NCBI GenBank assembly: GCA_964016885.1
Contig: OZ024742.1
Coordinates: 355,446,001-355,510,000 of the forward strand
Source: Eledone cirrhosa
Taxonomy: Eukaryota
Length of the DNA: 64,000 bases
Direction of reading: 5' to 3'
The notes below the pieces were generated by a model. It had not been told where the DNA came from and searched no databases. It was given only the letters and a program-made list of their open reading frames with translations. Shown here in pieces: positions 55,257 to 64,000 of this stretch; position 1 is the first letter of the stretch; every line of letters starts with the position of its first letter. The position numbers and the translations under genes are program-made.

Positions 55257-57230
55257 TATGGAGGATAAGTATCTGAAAGTGTGTTAAGTTTATATGAGCT
55301 GGAAAGCAGGTGTGATTTCATGTGTGGGCAACTGGTGAAAATTTCTGTCTTTGGTGATTTAAGATTTTTGATTTTTTGGTGATTTAAGATTTTTTGAATA
55401 TTCTTTAGATTGGTTCAAAATTTACCAATCCAATTTATATTGGATACCTTGGTCTTTCAAATCCCATATTCTGCTAGCCAGAGCTGTTGTAAATCTTTTT
55501 TCTGGATGTCGAAAGGATGCGACATGTGAGTAATAACGCGTTTTGAATTTGTCTTGCGTCATACCCACATATCGTTCACTGGTGGCTGGATGGTTGTTGC
55601 TGATGGTTGTCACTTTAGCCGCATATACAATGGCTTTGGTGTTGCATTTACCTTGTAATGGGCATTCACTTTTGATTCTACAGGAACAATTTTGATGTTC
55701 TCCAAGTGATTTTTTGTTGATGATATAGGATATAATAGGGGGACCGCAGGAGTAGCTAATTTTGACACAGTTTCTATTAAATATCTTATAGTATCTATGT
55801 GCTCTAGGGAAATGTTTATCTAGGAGCTCTAGGAATGTTTTGCCTACATTAGTTTTAACTGCTAGAGAGTAGGGGTGTGTGAACCAGATTATTTTTCTTT
55901 TCCTGTGTTTATGTTTAATAGAGTTAGTATAGTTGGGTATGTATTTAATCGGTTCGCTGAAACCGCTATTTTGGAGGGCTTTATTATAGTAGGGTGATGC
56001 CTTATTACAAATAGCTTCTGAGGAAGAGAGGGTGGAAATCCTATGGCTAATATTAGGGATAAGGTTTTTAAAAACTATAGGAGGATGGCAAGTGCCTTTA
56101 TTTATATATTTTAAGTTTTCATTAGGTTTATGGTATGGTTTATAAGAAGCAGTAGGCAAATCTAGGTTTATATCTAGGAAATCTACATTGGAAAGGTTAG
56201 TGTCAATAGTAATTTCAAGATTAAAACTAGCGAAGGTTTTTATTAAGTCTTTCCTTAATCTATCTAAGTTATGGCCTATGGTGGTATGGGAAAGTATTAG
56301 ACCATCGTCGCGATAAAGCCCAAAAATATGGTTAGGAAATTTTTCTTTAAGTGTGTGTAGGAGGAATAGGCCGACCAAATCACACACATCGGCACTGTCA
56401 TAGGAGCCCATTGAGACATCGAATGGGCTCTCTGGGTTAGATATTTTTACCCAAGTGTCATTATCAGTAAAGAGTAGAGTGTTTCTAGCGTGCAAGATGA
56501 CATTCTCTTCAATATCGGAGATATTAGTAAACCTTCTAGCGAAATTTAAAGCTTTCGCTAAAAGGGTCTGAGTGATAGATGGGTAGACATCTACAATGTC
56601 AAATTGGGTGAATCTAGAACTATTTTTGTTTTTAATATTATTAAACAAATGTACTACGGAAGAGCTATTTATCCATTGGAGTAATTTATACTTACTTCTA
56701 ATGTGTGTATTTATATTATTTAACATTTTTTTGCTGGCAAGACCAACATCAGTCTTAGCAGGGTTGATTAATCTACAACTAGGACGATTAATAAAGTCGG
56801 GTTTGTGATTTTTAAGGGTGATATAAGCATTACGTTTAGCAAGATTTTCTGTCCTATTATCTATTTTTAAAGAAACAGCTAATTCTTTAGCTTCCTTATT
56901 TATATTATGATACGTGTTTATATTAGCTATTTGGTATTTAGAGGCGATATTATCTATTAATAGTTGGTCGTGTAAATTATTGTTAACTTCATATAGGTTT
57001 TTAGTTTTATCGGAGAAGATGAACTTATTATTAGAAGATTTAAATGTTGAAATATCATTAGATAGTTTAGATTGAAAAGGGTTAGAGTACTTACGATAAT
57101 TGATATTGTTGATTAGGTTAACTAGGTCTAGTTCAAAAGCGGTCATATATTTTAGTCTTTGCAGGTATTTATGAGTTTTGATGACAAAATATTCCGTAGA
57201 ATCCGTGTTAAAGTGTCCATCGAGAATCAA
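55257..57230 (-). pseudogene. Near-complete PLE RT + GIY-YIG ORF (602 aa open, C-terminus disrupted)
   Basis: FSDKTKNLY, TLKNHK, CRLINPAK, QFDIVDVYPSI, FDVSMGSYDSA, GLYRDDGL, DFLDI, CSCR..CPLQGKC, IVY..YVG; KTEIFTSCPH in another frame. Confidence 0.92.
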
Positions 57231-57571
57231 AGCTTTTTTATTTTTATTTTTATTTTTAATTTTTATTTTTTTAATTATTTTTTATTATTTTTTTTTTACT
57301 TCACATCCACCAATACCCCCCCCCCTTTATTCTCCGATTCACCTACCTAATATCTTCACTTCCCTATTTTCTTCACTACTTGATTACACAAGTGACTTGC
57401 GTTTTCCACTCCAGATATTTTCTGTTATTTCGCAGCCAATCTTATAATTTTATATTTGTACTTGCTTATCCACAAGGCTTTTTACACCCTGTATCTATGT
57501 GTCTGAGCGCCTTAATGTGTGTATACTTTCTATATATGTACATGAGCGCCTCCGTATGTGCGCGCGCGTGC

Positions 57572-57611
<40 letters not shown>

Positions 57612-58588
57612 ATGTATGTGTGTTTTTATATCTGTGTTTTTACATCTGTTTTTTTGTTTTTTTACATCCTCATTTTTATGTGTGTGCATGTAAACAGGTC
57701 AATATGCGTGAGTGTATGTATGTGTGTGTGTGTGTGTGTGTACTTACTGAATGTATGGATGTGTAAGTGTGCGTATGTATATAGGCATGTATATTTGTGT
57801 GTGTGTGTTTGTGTATACAGTCGTGTGCGTGCGCGTGATTAGATATACATGGGGCGAGGCGTATATACGTATATATGTGCTTCCTGTGTGTGTATGTATG
57901 TTTGCATACTCTTTTGTCTGCAGGTTTTTGCGTGTATATATATATATTTCTTATAGATATACGTTTCTTGTAGATATATGTGTGTGTGTACGCGTGTACC
58001 TTGTTTGTCTTCTTTTCTTTATTTTTTTCTTTCTAAATTATTGTTCCATTTTCATAATTATATCGAGAATGATACTTTCTTTTTACTATTACACTCCCTT
58101 ACCTCTTTTTCTTCCGCATATAAGTGTACATGCGTGTGTGTGTGTTAATACTCGTCCCTTCATATTCTTATAATCTATCTAATATCCCGTTTTTCTGTGT
58201 ACCTGCTAAACGGACAATCATATCATGTCTGTCTGTAGTTACAGATGCACAGATACACTTGCCCTAACACATATATTTACGCACACTTTTTCACTATACG
58301 TACACATTTGTACATACACACATATGTACATCTGTAATCGTATATACATACATATACACACACCTAACTATATTTCTTGAAATATTTTTATATATTTCAT
58401 ATGGCTATTGTAATTCCTTTATCTATATTTATATACTTTTTTTTTGCTTTTCTTGATGAGACTTTCCAAGTATCTAGCCATGTTTTATATTGCCTCGTCT
58501 GATGAACGAATGAAGACGTTTCTTTCGTATTCGCCTCATTCGGGAACACTCTGGTGATGAGGTAATTATATTGTATTGATTTTTATAC

Positions 58589-58641
<53 letters not shown>

Positions 58642-58821
58642 CAAAGCATTTGTGGTAAGGAACCAGATGGACCATAACGCACCAGATTACTCAATACTAA
58701 GGGTAGTAGAGTGGGAAATAGGAAAAAGTATGACACCGACGGCAGAACTCAAGCCGTGTTGACGGCTATTTCTGTCCAGAAATAGTCGTCGGATATTTAT
58801 ATATATATACATATCAATCTA

Positions 58822-59230
58822 TCTAAGGCGGGTAAAATTCCCGATATCCATGGATGAGTTCTCTCCAGCGGTCTCTGTCCCTCATTATCGCTGCCCTATC
58901 CTGCATCTCCAACAGACCAGTGTCTGTCCTTAGGGCATCAACATATGTTAACCTTGGTCTTCCTCTTCTAGTTTGTCCATGTAGGGGCTCCCAAAGGAGC
59001 ACTGAGTGCAATGTCAACTCTGGATGTCGGTGAGCATGTCCAGCCAACCTCAGTCTCCTCTGTGTCACTTTTGAGCTGACTTTTGGGATGCTCCCATACA
59101 GCTCTTAGTTTTTCAACCTCAGTGTATACTGATTAATGTTCAGAGCCATCCTCAGCATTCTCGTGTAGCACCCATCCACCATCTGAGTGAGTCTCTTGGT
59201 CAGTGTCCAAGTCTCAGACCCATACAGACC
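58822..59230 (-). mobile_element. RTE-like LINE 3' fragment
   Basis: [27 protein letters not shown]. Confidence 0.8.
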
Positions 59231-59238
59231 CATACAGA

Positions 59239-59306
<68 letters not shown>

Positions 59307-59543
59307 GTGTTTGTGTGTGTATATATGTGTGTGTGGGTGTGTGTTTGCGTGTGTGTGTGTGTAATGTCTGTGTATATTACAACCTAGGGCATATTTCCAG
59401 CGTTATTCTACCAAATTCCAAAATATTGCAATGCTTTCACAGCAATATTCGCCACCTTTACAATTGTATCATGTTGTCATAATCTATTATTCATATATTG
59501 TAGCTACTTTGAAAATTGCAAACTTGATTGTCATCACACATTA

Positions 59544-59582
59544 TGAACCTGAAGATTGCGAAAGCATGAAAGTACTTGTTCA
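59544..59582 (+). ncRNA. Minimal type I hammerhead (39 nt)
   Basis: UGAAC-CUGAAGA-UUGC GAAA GCAU-GAAA-GUAC-UU-GUUCA. Confidence 0.8.
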
Positions 59583-59733
59583 ATTAACATTTAACATTTA
59601 ATATTCTACCATACTATTTCATTCTAATACCATTATAAATTTTAAAGGATTGTAAATAAAACGAGTAAATCAGATAAGTTGGAATTCCTTTTATTAATAT
59701 AATCTTCTATACACAATCATACACACCCGTGTA

Positions 59734-59769
<36 letters not shown>

Positions 59770-60071
59770 ACAGTTGCAACACATATATATATATATGTAT
59801 AAGTGAACAGTTGCAACACATATATGTATCCTTCATTTAATTTAATTTTATTTTATGTATGTGATAACCTCTATATTTAATAATCTCCCTATCGGTTGAG
59901 ATTAAATTTGGCGATATATGGCTGCGCTTTCTAGCAGCATGCCTACCCGCCGTAAGCGACCAATCACACGCTTTCTCTCTGGCAGGTACACAGCTACATA
60001 GCGATCTTAGCCATGTTTGAATCTAAATTTGGCGGGGTCGGTCTGAGAAATTAAATGTCTATTTCTGAGTT

Positions 60072-60152
60072 TATCTCCTGATGATAACCTGACTCAGGGC
60101 AACTCCATATTATTTGGATGCCCTAAACAAGGAAGAAACCATGGTAGAGATA
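60072..60152 (+). ncRNA. Type I hammerhead with extended stem II
   Basis: UAUCUC-CUGAUGA-..AGGGCA..UCCA/UGGA UGCCCU..-GAAA-CCAUGG-UA-GAGAUA. Confidence 0.8.
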
Positions 60153-60436
60153 TAATTACGGTATGTGCGCATTTCTTCTAAGTTTAATTTTACTACTAAT
60201 TACGTGCGGTTGACGATATATTTGATCGGATTCTGCATGCTGCCGAAGTGTTTGATAAGTAATGGAACGGAGTTAACGCGAACTGGCTGCGATCAATTAT
60301 TTGTCGGAGATTTCCCCGTTAGAAAATTTACTCTTAAAGCTTGCTGGATTTGATTATGTATATGGTTAATTATGCTGATTAGAGGAAGAAATAGTATATA
60401 TTTTAATATCTAGTTGATTCTATAGACATGTTTTAT

Positions 60437-60697
<261 letters not shown>

Positions 60698-60896
60698 TAT
60701 GCGTTTATATAATACTGAATATATAATACTGAATATTCCCGGTGTGATTTCTGCGTTTATTTTGCTATACATACACCAACATACACAAACACACTCACAT
60801 ACACACACTCCTTATAGAATTGTTCGTTTTGCATTGCTTCCATTTCTTGTGTTTCCCTTATTTTGAATATTTTCTTATACATATATATATATATAT

Positions 60897-61027
60897 AAGC
60901 AGCGATACTGGGCTTAAACTTTAATCTGTTATTTTAATAAATATTTGCTCTACGGATCTTATATATCTGATATATATTTATCCTTACCGAGTCCTCTTTG
61001 GATTTTAGTCTTAAAATTTATTATTAT

Positions 61028-61030
<3 letters not shown>
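60897..61030 (+). repeat. Solo element-A 3' tail in (TA)n
   Basis: Matches the reverse complement of 893-1025. Confidence 0.8.
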
Positions 61031-61062
<32 letters not shown>

Positions 61063-61732
61063 CACATTTTAGTACAGCCTCAACGAAGCTTTTGGCTTCG
61101 GCCAAGCTAACAAATGCAGATTCGGAATGCAGCTTAGCACTCGATGGAGAATATTACCCCAGAGTTATACCAATACCTTTAGACAGCTTTGCAAATCAAA
61201 TATAGCGACTGACAGTCTGGCCGCATTGCCATATCAACGAAAAAAATTGAACTCAGGAAAAGATTTTGACTGACCAGCACCATAGCGTGGACATCGAATG
61301 CAACACACAACGTATAACGTATAGCATACAATATGCATCACATATAACATACAACATCCATGCTAGGTTTCTGTAAATCCGAAATCGACAAATTACGCTT
61401 GTAAGTGTCTGCAAGTTAATGGCCTTTGACGACAGAACAAAGGATTTACTTCGTCAACAAGTCTTCCGTTCTATTGCCTCGACGGGTGTATTTTCTAGCA
61501 GTATTTTTTGTTATAGACACGTGGTTTTCCCAAAGGGAAGTAACCCCCGTTTTGGCGGTCAATTCGAAATTTGGGACAAAGGATTGAAATTCCCTTAGAC
61601 AAACCGAATTAAGCACTCAACCAGAAGTTATCAAACAAACATAAACAATTAATCAATCAATAGAATTGTCTAATATTAATCAGTTAATCCTTAATTCTAG
61701 GAGTTAAAAATACAAATATATATATATATATT

Positions 61733-61813
<81 letters not shown>

Positions 61814-62351
61814 GAATGAAAGATTATTTTAGGGATGAGAATAGGTCATATGCTGACCTCAGAAATAATTATATTTGTTCATTGAATAAAACCAACAAAG
61901 ATTTAACATCGTAGGTTTGTTTGGGAACAGGTTTTGAATTAATCAATAGAAAGGTAATAATAGGCCAAATGGTAAAATAGTAGTAATTGAAATTTATTTT
62001 GGGGTAGAAGAAGGCAGATTTCAGTTTTGAATGGAAGGAGTATGAAGAATGAAAAGTTTAATTTAGGGGTGAAAATAGGTCAGGTCAGTAAAAGGTAACA
62101 CGAAAAGTTGTTGTTATAAAAGAATAATGCCAATGTAAATATCTAAGGAGACTAACATTTTACGATAAAAGTGTTAGTGAAAAAAATATATATGGAATTT
62201 ACATCTATGAAAATAAAACAAATTAATTTAATTGATGGGTATATTTATATTGATAAAATTATATTAATGCATATAGATATGATAAATAAGAGTTAGATGT
62301 AATTGAAGAGTGCTGTTAAAGACGAGGGGAAATTTAAAAAATATAAAAAGA

Positions 62352-62382
<31 letters not shown>

Positions 62383-62615
62383 TTGGGGGGGGGGGGTAAT
62401 TTATTAGTGAGAAATAATAAATATATAGAGATTTCAAGGAACATAGAATCATAACCTGAAATTAGAACATTATATATGTTTACTTAATGGTATCAATTTT
62501 AGGAAAAGATAGTTGTAAGAAGGAAAGTAAAATTATGTAGTTCATCAATAGTAGAATATTAATTATAGGTTAACTAAATTAAAAATAGTTTTTATATTAA
62601 TTTCTAAAATGTATA

Positions 62616-63940
62616 TTAATTAGGTTTATAATATTTAAAGGTTTTCCTCAGTTTATGATTACACGATATTATTAATTCCTGTCGCTTATTTAATAGGATA
62701 TCCTTAGATTTCATTATTTCAAAAAGTTCTTGGGAACATAATCTACATTCATATCTATTATTTTGATAAGGGGTGGCCCTTTTGAGCACACTCCAGGTCA
62801 GGTCATAATCTATATTCCTCTTTCTATAATTATTAATTATTTCAGCTAGAGATGTTGTATTAGCTAATGCGGCATTTTTAAAACTCTGTTTGTGGGTATT
62901 AAATCGTACCTTAAATTGGTTAGAGGTAGCTCCTATATATGAATAAATTGAGTCCTTAGTGTTAACTTTACATTTATATACTATGTTATTAACAAGGCAA
63001 TTTCCTTTTAATGGGCAGTTTGCTTTGTTTCTACAGTTACAACTTTTCGTGAATCCTGTATCAGAGGAGATATTATGGTTAGTTTGATGTACTGGTGGTA
63101 TACTCGTGGGTTTTTTACATTTATATGCATTGTAGGCACTTATATTTTGTTTTATGTTTTTGGTTGTTGAGTAGGAGAATTTAACCGTTGATCTATTTAA
63201 AATGTGATGGTATTTGTGGTTTGGCGGGAAGTTCTTCTCTAGGATATTAAAAATTTGTTTAGGTATATTATCCTTAATTTGTAAATTAAATGGAGCATTA
63301 TACCAAGTAACTCGTCTATTACGGTTTCGATGTTGTTTATTGTTTTTATAGGATGTATCCTGATGTTTATTAAGAGAATTATTGTTAATGACTTCACCAC
63401 ACACATTTTTAGTTAGATTTATTGATTTAGGTGTTTTAGCTTGTTTATTAGGAGTTTTATTATTAACATTTATTAGAGTAGTATAATGAGTAGTTTGTTG
63501 AGAGTTACTATATTGTATATTAGAAGAGTTAGAGAAATTTGGTTGTATGTTGGTATTTTGTGGTATAGTGTGAGTGGCATTTAGGTGTGTATGTTTCATT
63601 TGGTGTTTGTTGGTAATATTAGGTTGTATGTCTGTAGTGTTATTGGTACAAGGTATATATACTAATTTATTTTTGTGGCCACTTCTAGCTAAAGCTTCGT
63701 TATAGAAGGTCGCATTTTTATCAAATACATCCTGGTTAGACGAAAGGTTAGAAATTCTAAGTGAGATATTATATGCAAGGTTTTTAAGGATAGATTTAGG
63801 GTGATTAGATTGTGAGTGTATGCAATGTAAATTTTGGTTAGGTTTATGGTAAGGTTGGTAGATACCCGTAGACAAGTCTAATGTTGTATCAAGAAAATTA
63901 ACTACTGTACTTGTGTTTTCAAATGTAATATCTAGACTAT
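62616..63940 (-). pseudogene. PLE element E: RT thumb, long N/T/Q-rich linker, GIY-YIG; 5'-truncated; 3' UTR runs to (TA)n at ~61811
   Basis: VNFLDTTLDL, YQPYHKPN, WYNAPF, CNCRNKANCPLKGNC, IVY..YIG, FKVRFNTH, CRLCSQE, LNKRQE..SCNH. Confidence 0.9.
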
Positions 63941-64000
63941 AATAGTCCGAGAGTAGGGGAAGAAGAAGAAGAAGAAGAAGAAGAAGAAGAAGAAGAAGAA

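Larger units (their letters stand above)
53800..58592. mobile_element. Penelope-like element D, inverted pair (arms ~53875-55190 and ~57233-58592)
   Basis: Reverse-complement arms with several percent divergence; HHR at 53904-53975(-) and 58492-58563(+); (TA)n on both sides. Confidence 0.92.

Overview
AT-rich eukaryotic (animal) repeat-dense DNA with no host gene I can support. The tRNA-derived SINE and the (GAT)n-tailed RTE-like LINE resemble octopod cephalopod repeats (inference from recall, not searched). The window contains many (TA)n, (CA)n and (GA)n microsatellites, six Penelope-like retroelement (PLE) fragments (GLYRDDGL RT, C-terminal GIY-YIG endonuclease, Hydra-clade-like), RTE-like LINE fragments, SINEs and non-autonomous Helitrons. 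By eye I found about 25 hammerhead-ribozyme (HHR) motifs from more than ten unrelated sequence families, most with a family-specific palindromic stem/loop III. They lie in PLE 3' tails and in non-coding tandem monomers of about 310-555 bp (retrozyme-like). Many insertions share one geometry: two same-family arms joined head-to-head by microhomology, with both 3' ends pointing outward and fused to (TA)n. This suggests a (TA)n-targeted, two-ended priming system, possibly using an RNA dimer held by the ribozyme palindrome. All folds are manual and no activity has been shown.
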